A DNA stretch of 64,000 bases, taken from assembly GCA_964016885.1 (NCBI GenBank), contig OZ024741.1:23808001-23872000 (forward strand), read 5' to 3'. The notes beneath the pieces are model-generated. The model saw only the letters and a program-made list of their open reading frames with translations. It searched no databases and was not told the DNA's origin. Of this stretch, positions 24,537-37,419 are shown one piece after another. The translations under genes and the position numbers were made by a program. This stretch comes from Eledone cirrhosa (lineage: Eukaryota). Each line of letters starts with the position of its first letter. The stretch's first letter is position 1.

Positions 24537-24920
24537 TGGAAGCACTTGGCTTAGTGGTTAGAGCATTGGCCTTGCAATCGAAAGGTTGTGAGTTCAATTC
24601 TCAGACCGGGTGATGTGTTGTTTCCTTGAGCAAGACACTTTATTTCACATTGCTCCAGTTTACTCAGCTGTAGAAATGAGATGATAGGGACTGATTCCTA
24701 TCATTCCACTGCAAAGTGGTCGTGGAGGTGCCATGGCAAAAAAGCACCCAGCCCACACTGTAAAGTGGACGTGTAGGCGCCACGGAAAAAAAGCACCCAG
24801 CACTCACTGTAAATGAGGTTGGTGTTAGCAAGGGCATCCAGCTGTAGAAATCAAGCCAGAATCAGTTCCCGTCCCACCCGTGCAAGCAGGGAAAAGTGGA
24901 CGTAAAATGATGATGATGAT
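24537..24920 (+). mobile_element. Full-length tRNA-derived SINE with RTE-type tail
   Basis: A box TGGCTTAGTGG, B box GTTCAATTC, (ATG)n tail; near-identical to 50553-50892 and 39140-39485. Confidence 0.9.
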
Positions 24921-26407
24921 ATATTCTTATGAAAAACTTTAAACATTAAGACGTTATAGTAAACAAACTTATATTTTAACAGTCACAACTGTATAACAGG
25001 TGGATTTATAAAATATATAAAATTATAACTTACTATAAAATAATATAAAGTTCTCTTCTAATCTTAACTTTTTTTATCATCTTAACTTTTATAACATTTA
25101 ATCCTTAGAGCTATCTAAATTACAAATAAATCAATTAATTTTCCCTCACGCTGTATTTTTCTTCGGTAAAATCTCTGAACATTCCTATATTTTAAACATA
25201 TATTTTGTTATTTCTTATAAGTTTTATTGTTAATTGAAAAATTAATAATTAATTGTTGGTTGATGATTAATAATAAATTTATGTAAGGTTATGTAATAAT
25301 AACATATATTTTAATAATATTTTTTGATAGTATATATATATATAAATATATATATATATGTGTGTGTGTATATATATATATTTTAATAATATATAGATCT
25401 CAATTTTTAATTTATAGATCTCAATAATTTAATCAAATTTAAACATTAGATAAAATTCTCCGGTTATTACTATTTATTTATTTATTTATCCACTCTTTAT
25501 TTACTCCGCATAATTCATCCACTTCATCATTTATCTTTTCGTTTCATCATCTCATAAAATTACGTTAAAACAACACTCTCTCACTTAGGGTTTTATCTCT
25601 TTCTTTTGTTTTCCTTCTTTGGGTTTGCTCTTTCTTTCTTTTTCTTTTTCTTTTTTCCCTATTCCAACGGCTTAATTTAAATGTATGGGATTTAAACCTC
25701 TCCGACACTAATTTGCATAATAGACCAATAATAAAATTAGTAACCCCACTATCCGGGAGCTTCCAACCGACATGGTCGCATTCTTTAAGGGTATGTCAAT
25801 ATTTGTTTCTAAAACTGATCTATATTATATTTTATCTGATGCAAGCGCACCATAATTTGCTTTGGTGTCCTTGAAATATGTATAATGAAATAAATAGGGT
25901 TTTATAAATATAGTTTCCATTTGTTAATATACTATATATATATATGTATATATATATATATCTTCTTTCACTTAGATATATTTACGCTATGTATATTTTT
26001 CCATTAAAACTCATTTCTTCATTCACTCTGTCTATCTCCACTATCACTATGTATAATTGTTCTTTCTTTCCTCTTCTCTCTTTCTCCTTCCTTTTCTTTT
26101 TTCTCTCTCCCTTACATATCATCTTCTTCCAACAGTTTAATTTAAATAAACCGTTATCTTTTCAACTTTTCGGACACTCATTTGCATACTCACTCATAAC
26201 TTTGTATCACCCTCAATAAAATATCTCCACTATCCAGGAAGCTTCAACCGTTAAGGTTGTCTTTTTTCCGGGTATGTCAATATTTATTTATAAAACAAAT
26301 CTGTATTTTATCTGATGAAAGCGCACCATAATTTACCTTGGTTGCCCTTGAAATATATATAATAAAATAAATATGGTTTTATAAATATAGTTTCCATTTA
26401 TTAATAT

Positions 26408-26474
<67 letters not shown>

Positions 26475-26620
26475 ATACTTTGGGAGGGTCATGTTGCCAA
26501 TAAGAAACACACGCACCACTTGCTTTCACTTCAATTTATTATAATAAATTTATAAATTTAGGAATTTATAAATTTCCGGTTGGTTGGTTGGTTCCACAAC
26601 CAGATGGTTGTTTATATATT

Positions 26621-26663
26621 GTCAAAGTTCTTTCGTCACACATTCTATGACCTCTTCAGTGAC
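26621..26663 (-). ncRNA. Minimal hammerhead-like motif in a Penelope-like terminal repeat
   Basis: Minus strand reads gtca CTGAAGA g gtcata gaatg tgtgac GAAA g aa CTT tgac. Confidence 0.5.
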
Positions 26664-27794
26664 TGGGGATACTTTTCTTTGTTTTTGTGCCTCTTCTTTG
26701 TTCTGTCCTACGCCATCTTGTTTCAGAAACAATATATATATATATTAATATATATTTATATATATATATATATTAATATATATTTTAATATTAATTTATC
26801 AAATAGGGTTTGGAGTCATTTAAAATGATTGCTTTCCTTGGTGTTTACCTAATTTCTTAAATGCACGCGAGGCCTAAATGTGTATACATTTGCTTTTGTT
26901 TTGTAATTTCCGGTTGATTGTATTTATTTGTTTTATTCTATATTCTATTTACTACTCACTGTCTGGCTTCGCTCACTCATCCACATATGTCTGTCTACTA
27001 ACCTTGTAATTATAAGTATTTATATATTTTATGCCAATTTTAAAATATATTATATTATATTGTATGTTATATATATCCTTATTACTTACCGTTCATTATA
27101 TGTAACATTATGATATTTAAACTTTATATATCATGTAAGATGTCTGGATTTTTTAATGTTATAATATGTAACATTATGATATTTAGACTTTACATATCAT
27201 GTTAGATGTCTGTATATTTTTTTCTGTAACATCATATTTTTTCTGTAACATCATAATTTTTTTCTGTAACATCATAATTTTTCCCTGTACCATTATAGTT
27301 TTTTTGAGTATTATATGATTTATATTTCCTCATTTACTCTGTAACCCAGTATGAATCAATTTGTATATATTGTTTATGGTACATGTTAATATACTGTTAA
27401 CATTTTATCATTGTATTTCATTGTGACTTCTATATTGTTTCTGTAAATTAACCGGGGATTATCTATTCTATTTTATTTTATTATATTATATTGAATCATA
27501 TAATTTTGTTGTTTATTATTTGTTATATGTGTTTCTTGTAATTATATCATATTATTGCCTCATGTATATTGGGTAGATGTATTAGTATTATTTTCACTAT
27601 TACCATGCTTATTTTTAATATTCAAACTTCTAATAGGGCTTAATTTCTGTGTAGTCGAACATAGATATGTGCGTTGTTATACGTGTGTGTGTGTGTGTGT
27701 GTGCGCGCACATATATACATGTATATATTGTACCTTTTGATTGTTAATTTGGAATGTTAATGTTGGTAAAAGTATATTATTATTATAATGTATT

Positions 27795-28160
27795 CATCAT
27801 CATCATCATCATCACCGTTTTACGTCCGTTCTTCCACGCTAGCATGGGTTAGACGGGTTGTCCTGTTGAGGACAGTGTCTGATCGGCTGACCATACCTTG
27901 CTCATACAGGAACTGATCTGGCTTGATTTCTACAGCTGGATGCCCTTCCTAACACCAACCTCATTTACAGTGAGTGCTGGGTGCTTTTTCGTGGTGCCTA
28001 CACGTCCACTTTACAGTGTGGGCTGGGTGCTTTTTTGGCACCTCCACGACCACCTTGCGGTGGGGGGAGTGGGGGCATATTGTTTATATGCTTCAGCATG
28101 TACCCATGGGAGGTCGGGTACCCTGTATTACTGCGTGACGCCAGAAGTCACGGTCGTGTG
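27795..28160 (-). mobile_element. RTE LINE 3' UTR fragment
   Basis: Highly similar to 62583-62935. Confidence 0.8.
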
Positions 28161-28424
28161 TTATTATATGTGTGTTATATATAATTCCTGCTCTATATAA
28201 CCAAATTTGTTTAGATTTAGGTTGGTTGCTTTGGACTATATTTGTAATATGGTTCTTAATGTTATCTACATCCTTAGTTATTCTTATTATATATTTTTAT
28301 TATTTTTATCTTTATTTTCATTTTTATTATCGTATATCTTTGTAAGACATTAGTGTATGTACACTCCATATTCTTCAGAGTTTCTGGCTTGTATCTGCCG
28401 ATATTACCTCTTGTTGTTTTGATT

Positions 28425-28462
28425 GCCCTGATGAGTCCTTAATAGGACGAAACATTGTCGGC
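28425..28462 (+). ncRNA. Canonical minimal type I hammerhead ribozyme
   Basis: gcc CTGATGA gtcct taat aggac GAAA c att GTC ggc; cleavage predicted after C28459; AATAAA follows. Confidence 0.85.
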
Positions 28463-28609
28463 TAATAAAAACTTTTGATGTATTAAAGGATTCTTTGTTT
28501 TACTCTCTTAATTTTTCGGCTCTGTTTAACTGCATTGAGCTATACTTTTTACTGTCATTTCTATAATACGAAGAGGGTGTTTGACTCAAACACGCTCCAG
28601 TATTCTAAT

Positions 28610-28651
<42 letters not shown>

Positions 28652-28655
<4 letters not shown>

Positions 28656-28904
28656 GTTTCCTTGAGCAAGAGACTTTATTTCAAGTTGCTCCAGTTTACT
28701 CAGCTGTAGAAATGAGATGATAGGGACTGGGGTCCCTATCATTCCACTGCAAAGTGGTCGTGGAGGTGCCACGGCAAAAAAGCACCAGCACTCACTGTAA
28801 ATGAGGTTGGTGTTAGGAAGGGCATCCAGCTGTAGAAATCAAGCCAGTATCAGTTCCCGTCCCACCCTTGCAAGCAGGGAAAAGTGGACGTAAAATGATG
28901 ATGA

Positions 28905-28908
<4 letters not shown>
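28652..28908 (+). mobile_element. 5'-truncated SINE
   Basis: Matches the 3' two-thirds of 24537-24920. Confidence 0.85.
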
Positions 28909-28948
<40 letters not shown>

Positions 28949-30104
28949 GTGTGTGTGTGTATGTGTAGAGAACAATGAAAACAAAACAAAAGGAACATGG
29001 TGTTTGCCAGAGGTCAGCATATCTGGAGACACTGATGTACTTTGTTGACATCATCACAAGAGTTCAGATTACTGCTACAGAGGTATAGCTAGGATGGCGA
29101 TAGTTACTAAAGAGTGATAATGGTATGAACAAGTCAGGTCATATTTTAATACTGGTAGAGGGGAGTCTCCTTCAGTAACAGATCCAGGTTTCATTGCCTA
29201 ACAAACTGAAGATTACAAATTGATGAAGTGTTGGCTACTTTCTGATAAACCTATCTTTGAACCTATAGCAGTGAAACTACCCCTACTTATTGTGATCTGG
29301 ATGGAGTTGGCCACCTACAAGAATTGAACTTGCTCTTTCAGCACATCTCCCCCACTCTCCTCTTCTAGGACCATGAAGCAACATTCACCTGAATTTTTCC
29401 ACTTCAAAGTGACAGATCAGGAAAAGGAAAGAACATGACAACCTTTTATTGGTTGATTTGTGCTGTTACCATTAGCCTCTATATACACATTCATACAATG
29501 ATCACATTATTTTTTGAAATGAGTATGTCTGCATCTACATATTTAAAAATACCTCAACTTTGAGAACAATGTACTTTTATCTGTTGTACTAAACAAAAAT
29601 TTCTTTCATAAAACTATGATAGAAGGTTTAAATTTACATTTGAACTCTTAAAAATAAATGGTTTTTATTCATTGGAACCAGAGACGTTTGGTATCATCAT
29701 CATCATCATTGTTTAACATCTATCTTCCCTGCTAGCATGGGTGAGATGGGAATAGTCCCACTTGAGGTGACCGTGTCTCGCTCATATCGAACTGTATCTG
29801 GCAGGTTTTCTACGGCTGGATGCCCTTCCTAACACCAACCACATTTACAGTGTGGACTGGGAGCCTTTATTACCATGTTTTCTACAAAGCCACATTACAG
29901 TGTGGACTGAAAAAAATAATTTCAGATGTTATGGTACTGAAAGGGTTAATGGGTCAATAATATTTAAGTGAAACTAAACGTTAGGATTCAGCAGAGTTAA
30001 ACTGTAGATAAAGGAGAGCTTTACCAGTACATGGTGTTATGTTAATATATAACTGGAAGCTACTCATCCAAGAAATAAGAGATAGAGGGTGCTCATGAGT
30101 AGAT

Positions 30105-30875
30105 AGTTTAGTTAGATGTGTATGTCAAACAGCCAGATGATCAGACAGTTTGATGTGTATGTCAAACATGACCAGATCAGCAGGTAGTTAGATGTGTATG
30201 TCAAACATGACCAGATCAGTAGATAGTTAGACATGTATTTCTAACATGACCAACATCAGCAGGGAGTTTGATGTGTATGTCAAACATGACCAGATCAGCA
30301 GGTAGTTTGATGTGTATGTCAAACATGACCAGATCAGCAGGCAGTTTGATGTGTATGTCAAACATGACCAGATCAGCAGGCAGTTTGATGTGTATGTCAA
30401 ACATGACCAGATCAGCAGACAGTTTGATGTGTATGTCAAACATGACCAGATCAGCAGGCAGTTTGATGTGTATGTCAAACATGACCAGATCAGCAGGTAG
30501 TTTGATGTGTATATCAAACATGACCAGATCAGCAGGTAGTTTGATGTGTATATCAAACATGACCAGATCAGCAGGTAGTTTGATGTGTATGTCAAACATG
30601 ACCAGATCGGCAGGTAGTTTGATGTCTATGTCAAACATGACCAGATCGGCAGGTAGTTTGATGTCTATGTCAAACATGACCAGATCGGCAGGTAGTTTGA
30701 TGTCTATGTCAAACATGACCAGATCGGCAGGTAGTTTGATGTCTATGTCAAACATGACCAGATCGGCAGGTAGTTTGATGTCTATGTCAAACATGACCAG
30801 ATCGGCAGGTAGTTTGATGTCTATGTCAAACATGACCAGATCGGCAGGTAGTTTGATGTCTATGTCAAACATGAT
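30105..30875. repeat. 39-bp minisatellite (~19 units)
   Basis: gtagtttgatgt(g/c)tatgtcaaacatgaccagatc(a/g)gcag. Confidence 0.95.
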
Positions 30876-31049
30876 CAGTTGCTTTTCTGATGTCAAGTGC
30901 AATAACAGCAGTTTCCACCAAATCTTTCAAAAGTCAAGGCCCACTGGTGAATGACATAAGAAAGTAGGTCCCTTGCAGATCTAACCTTACTTGTGGTTAT
31001 CATCAGAGAGGAAAGCAAACTATTGGAGAAAGTAGTTGTTAGTTTGTGT

Positions 31050-31815
31050 TTAAATACATTTTAATGTGTATGTGTTTAAACACACACTTCCTCACAGTAA
31101 CGCCTCTTTACTGTGTGTGTGTATGTTTAAATACTCACATCTTTTTACTACATTCTACTGTGTGTGTGTGTATGTGTTTAAATACACACTTCCTCACAGT
31201 ACCTCACTTTAGTGCATGTGTTTAAATACACCCCCCCTCTCATTACCAGACTTTACAGTGTGTGTGTGTGTGTGTTTAAATTCACACTTCCTCTCACTAA
31301 CACACTTTACTATGTGTGTTTAAATACACACTCCCTCCCACTACTACACTTTACTGTATGTGTTTAAATACACACTCCCTCCCACTACCACACTTCCTCT
31401 CACTACACCATTTACTGTGTGTTTAAATACACACTTCCTCTCACTACACCATTTACTGTGTGTGTTTAAATACACACTTCCTCTCACTACACCATTTACT
31501 GTTTGTGTTTAAATACACACTTCCTCTCACTACACCATTTACTGTGTGTTTAAATACACACTTCCTCTCACTACATCATTTACTGTGTGTGTTTAAATAC
31601 ACACTTCCTCTCACTACATCATTTACTGTGTGTGTTTAAATACACACTTCCTCTCACTACATCATTTACTGTGTGTGTTTAAATACACACTTCCTCTCAC
31701 TACACCATTTACTGTGTGTGTTTAAATACACACTTCCTCTCACTACACCATTTACTGTGTGTGTTTAAATACACACTTCCTCTCGCTACGGCACTTTACA
31801 CTTTACTCTGTGTGT
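31050..31815. repeat. ~38-40-bp minisatellite with degenerate edges
   Basis: tgtgtgtttaaatacacacttcctctcactacaccatttac units. Confidence 0.9.
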
Positions 31816-32099
31816 GTATGTATTTAAATATATTTATACACATTTAAACACACACACACAAAGTAAAGTGGTGTGGGAGAAGGAGTGTGCTCCCTTTAAC
31901 CACCACAGCCCTAATCATTAAACTCCCTAAATACACGTCCCTCTCTCCAGCTATTCCTCTTGTTAACACCTTTCTCTGTTAAAATAGAAGCTCACTTTCC
32001 AACCACTACCGCCTTTCTCACTCTTAAAATATACGGTTTCACCAACCACTAACATTTCCATCCTGGTTGATAAAATACGTCTTCTCTCTATCTATCTTC

Positions 32100-32485
32100 A
32101 GTCAGAACCACCAATATAATCTTCTATTAAACTAGAAGAGAGAGAGAGAGAGGGGGAGGTCAACATCATCTTCTATTAAACTAGAAGAGAGAGAGAGAGA
32201 GACAGGGGGGAGGTCAACATCATCTATTAAACTACAGAGAGAGATCAGTGAGAGAGGGAGGTCACCACCAGCTATCAAATTACAGAAAGAGATATAGAGA
32301 GATCAGTGAGAGAGAAGGAGACCGCCGCCACCACCATCTTCTAGCAAATTACAGAGAGAGAGAAAGAAGGAGAGAGAGAAATGTGAGACAAGGAGGTCAC
32401 CACCATCACCATCATCATCTATTATACTACAGAGAGAGATATCAGTGAGAGAAAATGAGGCCACCAGCACCATCCTCTATTTAAC

Positions 32486-32522
<37 letters not shown>

Positions 32523-32838
32523 AGAAAGAGATATAAAGATATCAGTGAGAGTGAAGGAGGTCGCCGCCATCTTCATCATCTATTAAGCTACAGTGAGAAA
32601 GAGAGTAATATAGATAGAGAGAGAGAGAAGGAGCCCGCCGCCACCACCATTATCTATTAAACTACAGAGAGTGACAGAGTAAAAGAAGGAGAGTAAGATA
32701 GAGAGAGAGATCAGTGAGAGCAAAGAAGGCCGTCGCCACCACTATTATCTATTAAACTACAGAGAGAGTGTATGAGAGAGAGTAAGAGAGATTGAGAGAG
32801 GTATCAGTGAGAGAAATATATGAGACTGAGAGAGAGAG
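32100..32838 (+). repeat. Degenerate GA-rich compound repeat immediately upstream of a probable TSS
   Basis: About 10 modules of (cac/cat)n-ctattaaacta-(GA)n. Confidence 0.75.
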
Positions 32839-32839
32839 G

Positions 32840-33140
32840 GGCCGCCGCCGGTGTTTGTTGCTAGCCGTTGTTCCATATATGGAAATAAATAAGTAACACA
32901 ATTTTGGATTGGTTTAAAAAGAAGATTGAGGAATTCCTCAGGTCCCCGGATGAAGAAGCCATCTTTATTGGCAAGGAGTATTAACTTGTCTTTTTAGCTC
33001 TTCTCTTTTTATATCTCCTGCTTAGGTTTTACCTTCTTTTCTCTGGACATTGTTTCTCAGATATAAACACTAAACAATTACCGACCCTATCCTGTGTAGA
33101 GATATATTTCTAAGAGGCTAATTCAGCTCCAGTCACAATG
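32840..33140 (+). other. Probable first exon of an unidentified gene, ending with the start codon
   Basis: Unique CpG-containing sequence ending cacaATG/GTAAGT (A at -3, consensus donor at 33141). Confidence 0.55.
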
Positions 33141-33388
33141 GTAAGTCGGCAATATACGATTTCTTCAATAGCTTTTTCATTATTTTTGAAAAAAAAAATT
33201 AGTTTAAAATTTTAAAATTTAAATTTTTATTTGTTCGTTTCTTTCGACAATATTTTAATCTTATCTTCCAACTTGATCGGCGATCGATGATTTTTTTTCC
33301 TTGTGACTGGTGGATGTTAAGGATGTGTTTTGGTGTTTTGTTTGTTGGTTCCTCTCTTGACAAGATACGTGTCTATAACTACGTGTAG

Positions 33389-33425
<37 letters not shown>

Positions 33426-33983
33426 CATAGCTGTGTGTGTAGTGTATATATGGTTCAGTGTATTATATATATATATATATACAAGTGTATTATACATGTA
33501 TAGTATAGTGTATATATGGGTGGTGTATAATCTATATATGGGGTGTGTATAATGTATACTTGGGTGTGTATAATATGCATATATATATATGTGTATAATG
33601 TATATATAGGTGTATGTATGCATGTATATGGGGTGTGTATAATGTATATATGGGTGTGTGTATAATGTATATATGGGTGTGTGTATTATGTATATATGGT
33701 TGTGTGTTATGTATATATAATGTATGTATTGTGTGTATAATGTATATATTGGATGTGTGTATAATGTATATATGACTTGCATATAATGTATATATGGTTT
33801 ATGCTTATATGGGCTGTGTATAGTGTATATATGGTTGTATTATATATATACATGTATGTATGGGTGTGTATAAAGTATAAGGCTGTGTGTGTATAATGTA
33901 TATATGGTTGTATGTATAATGTGTATATATATGTTGTATAATGTATATATGGTTGTGTGTATAATATATATATATATATATAT

Positions 33984-34400
33984 ATAAAATATTAAACAAA
34001 TAATGAATAAAACAATGAAACAGTTCCTTATATTAAACAAAAAAAGTTCATTATTTAACGATCGTTTCTAGGATATATATGTGTTAGAATTGGCATGCAT
34101 ATTCAACAGATCTATGTACAAAATTATACAAAATTATACAAACTATCAAGATTAAATATACATACCAAACACACATATATGCCGTCTTATTTCTGAAGAC
34201 GGCATATATGTGTGTTTGGTATGTATATTTAATCTTGATAGTTTGTATAATTTTGTATAATTTTGTACATAGATCTGTTGAATATGCATGCCAATTCTAA
34301 CACATATATATCCTAGAAACGATCGTTAAATAATGAACTTTTTTTGTTTAATATAAGGAACTGTTTCATTGTTTTATTCATTATTTGTTTAATATTTTAT
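33984..34400. repeat. Perfect 205-bp-arm palindrome (fold-back element) followed by a unique tail to ~34532
   Basis: Arms 33984-34188 and 34196-34400, 7-nt spacer atttctg, flanked by (TA)n. Confidence 0.95.
34187..34333 (+). ncRNA. Type I hammerhead ribozyme motif with extended stem II
   Basis: ttattt CTGAAGA [~115 nt] GAAA c gatc GTT aaataa; palindromic stem III. Confidence 0.6.
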
Positions 34401-34531
34401 CTTGACTCTGTATTCCGTTTATCTTTCACCGAAAGTGATTTTTCATTACATCTCTTCTTTCCATGATATCCGGAATACATTGAGTTCTTCATACGGATTG
34501 GACACTACCGTAAACTCTTGGTAGATTTATC

Positions 34532-34570
<39 letters not shown>

Positions 34571-34669
34571 CAGCTCTGACATAACGGATCATCTCGCTGT
34601 CGTACTGGCAGATATGTACAAGTGGGTGTGTAACAATGTCTTCTCTCTCTCTCACACACATATATATAT

Positions 34670-35820
34670 ATATATGTGTGTGTGTAGTGTTATGTGTGTG
34701 TAGTGTTATGTGTGTGTAGTGTTGTGTGTGTGTAGTGTAGTGTTATATGTGTGTATAGTGCTATATATATGTGTAGTGCTATATATATATGTGTGTGTGT
34801 AGTGTTATATATGTGTGTAGTGCTATATATGTGTGTGTGTAGTGTTATACATGTGTGTGTTGTGCTATATATATGTGTGCGTAATGTTATATATATATAT
34901 GTGTGTGTGTGTAATGTGTGTAATGTTGTGTGTGTGTGTGTAATGTTGTGTGTGTGTAATGTTGTGTGTGTGTGTGTAATGTTATGTGTGTGTGTGTAAT
35001 GTTATATATGTGTGTGTAATGTTATATATGTGTGTGTAGTGTTATATATGTGTGTAGTGTCGTGTGTGTGTGTAATGTTATATGTGTGTGTGTGTAATGT
35101 TATATGTGTGTGTGTGTAATGTTATGTGTGTGTGTGTAATGTTATATATGTGTGTGTATAGTGTTATATATGTGTGTGTAGTGTTATATATGTATGTGTT
35201 GTGTAGTGTTATATATGTGTGTGTTGTGTAGTGTTATATATGTGTGTGTTGTGTAGTGCTATATGTGTGTTGTGTAGTGCTATGTGTGTTGTGTAGTGCT
35301 ATGTGTGTTGTGTAGTGCTATGTGTGTTGTGTAGTGCTATATGTGTGTTGTGTAGTGCTATATGTGTGTTGTGTAGTGCTATATGTGTGTGTTGTGTAGT
35401 GCTATATGTGTGTGTTGTGTAATGCTATATATATGTGTGCGTAGTGCTATATATATGTGTGCGTAGTGCTATATATATGTGTGCGTAGTGCTATATATAT
35501 GTGTGCGTAATGCTATATATATAGGTGTGCGTAATGCTATATATATAGGTGTGCGTAATGCTATATATATAGGTGTGCGTAGTGCTATATATATGTGTGC
35601 GTAGTGCTATATATATGTGTGCGTAGTGCTATATATATGTGTGCGTAATGCTATATATATATATAGGTGTGTGTGTGTGCGTAATGCTATATATATAGGT
35701 GTGCGTAATGCTATATATATAGGTGTGCGTAATGCTATATATATAGGTGTGCGTAATGCTATATATATAGGTGTGCGTAGTGCTATATATATAGGTGTGT
35801 GTGTAATGTTATATATATAT
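34670..35820. repeat. Compound (TG)/(TA) microsatellite-minisatellite
   Basis: gtgtgcgta(g/a)tgctatatata-type units. Confidence 0.9.
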
Positions 35821-35833
35821 ACGTGTATATATA

Positions 35834-35909
35834 TGTCGTCGATTACAACTGTTATGATGTCTTCATTGCTTTCCTTATTCTTCCTCGTCGGGGGTTCGAG
35901 TTATATTGC

Positions 35910-35949
<40 letters not shown>

Positions 35950-36060
35950 GTATATTACATCACACATGTGTGTCGCAATATAGCTTGAACCTCCGACGAG
36001 GAAGAATAAGGAAAGCAATGAAAATATCACAAAAGTTGAAATCGAATGTAATCGACGATA
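35834..36060. repeat. Fold-back inverted repeat with (CA)n spacer
   Basis: ttcattgctttccttattcttcctcgtcgg..ttgcgacac pairs with gtgtcgcaa..ccgacgaggaagaataaggaaagcaatgaa. Confidence 0.8.
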
Positions 36061-36239
36061 AATAACATTTCACTTTACAGACCTTATTATACACATACTT
36101 ACCCCCCGAATATGCTGCAAAGAACCGTTTTCCCCGGAGGAGGGAATGGAGGTACCCTCGGACTTTTCACCCCTCACTTTTTTTTTTTACCAGTAATATA
36201 TTTTATATGTATATATAATATATATATATGACACTTTAA

Positions 36240-37330
36240 AGAAGCCTCTCATTCATTCACCTTCAGTGAACATCGCCTTGGCCAGGAGGTGTTGATGTCA
36301 TCAGGCAGTGGGTGTTTCACCTTTAGCCGTAACACTTTCCCGTTAGTGGGTCAGTAATGATGGTCAAATCACTACCCATTTGCCTCTCCTGGTTTCCAGC
36401 TCTTCTCACTTGCTTGCTCCTAAGCCAACATGAGACCTTTTCTGATGCCTTCTCCAACCTGTAAACTGCTACCGTTTTCCCTCTTTCTGTCATTCCAATG
36501 TCAGTGAGCATTTTCCATACAGATTTAGCTGGGAATCCCTTGCAGCCCACTTCAACTAGAAATATCTGTGCTGGCCATCCTTTCTCTCTGCACTCTTGCA
36601 CAAGTTATTGGTACTTAACACTCTCGTGGTTAAAAGTGTGGCAGCACCCTCCCTCTCATGGGTCTGCAAGTTAAATTAGTATTATCTTTTCATAGGATTC
36701 ATCCTCCCTCATGTCCCTGTGCAAATTTGTTGGAGTTGGTAATGTCATACACTGCTTGTAACAGGAAGGAGATTTGGAAAGGTTCTAATCTCCACAGATC
36801 TGCCTAAGTGATCTTCTTTTCAGAGAGGTTCCATTTAGTCAGGCTTCCTCGATGTTAGTTCCACAGTCTTTGATTCCCATTCTTGATCATCTTGATACTG
36901 TACATCCTCTTGGATTGTTGCTCTCCTCTCCTTTTTGTCTCTCTTTTCTCATAGTTGGAAATGGGAAATTTCAAGACCTTCTCTTTCTGTGTATGTTAAT
37001 CCAATGATGACCCATAGCTTCAGCATACTTTGTGCAACAACTGCCTACTTGTATCCTGATCTTGTAGAGACACCTGCATGTCTGATTTGTGCATCCAGTT
37101 AGTGTTTGAACATCATTGTTACTTTGCACTTTGCCGCTTTCTTGATCACCATCTTCCTGGATTGTTTTGGTTGTCTCATTAGTCAAGTACTGCTATCACT
37201 TGTTTTGCCTCCTCCTAGGTTGTGCTTGTCACAATGTGATCATCTTTGAAACCTCTTATTGGGTGGTGTTGGATATCTGATATAATGCTTGGTCCTTGGT
37301 ATTCTTTTCGAGGAGCTGTTATAAGAAGGT
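36240..37330 (-). mobile_element. Degenerate RLE-type non-LTR element (Hero/NeSL-like) 3' region
   Basis: ECREKGW..VEVGCKGF..SVW.ML...G..EKAS..WL motif in ORF 36323-36601. Confidence 0.7.
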
Positions 37331-37419
37331 TCATTCCCAGGCTTTTCCCTCAAAATGAAAGGCAGATTCTGTGATGCTGTGTGCAAATAGTAATAGTGTA
37401 TGGAAGTGCGATTCGGGCT

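Noticed and set aside
24537-24615. tRNA gene
   Set aside because: tRNA-like head of a multi-copy SINE; no complete acceptor stem
30216-30954. 228-aa ORFs on both strands
   Set aside because: Artefact of a 39-bp stop-free repeat unit
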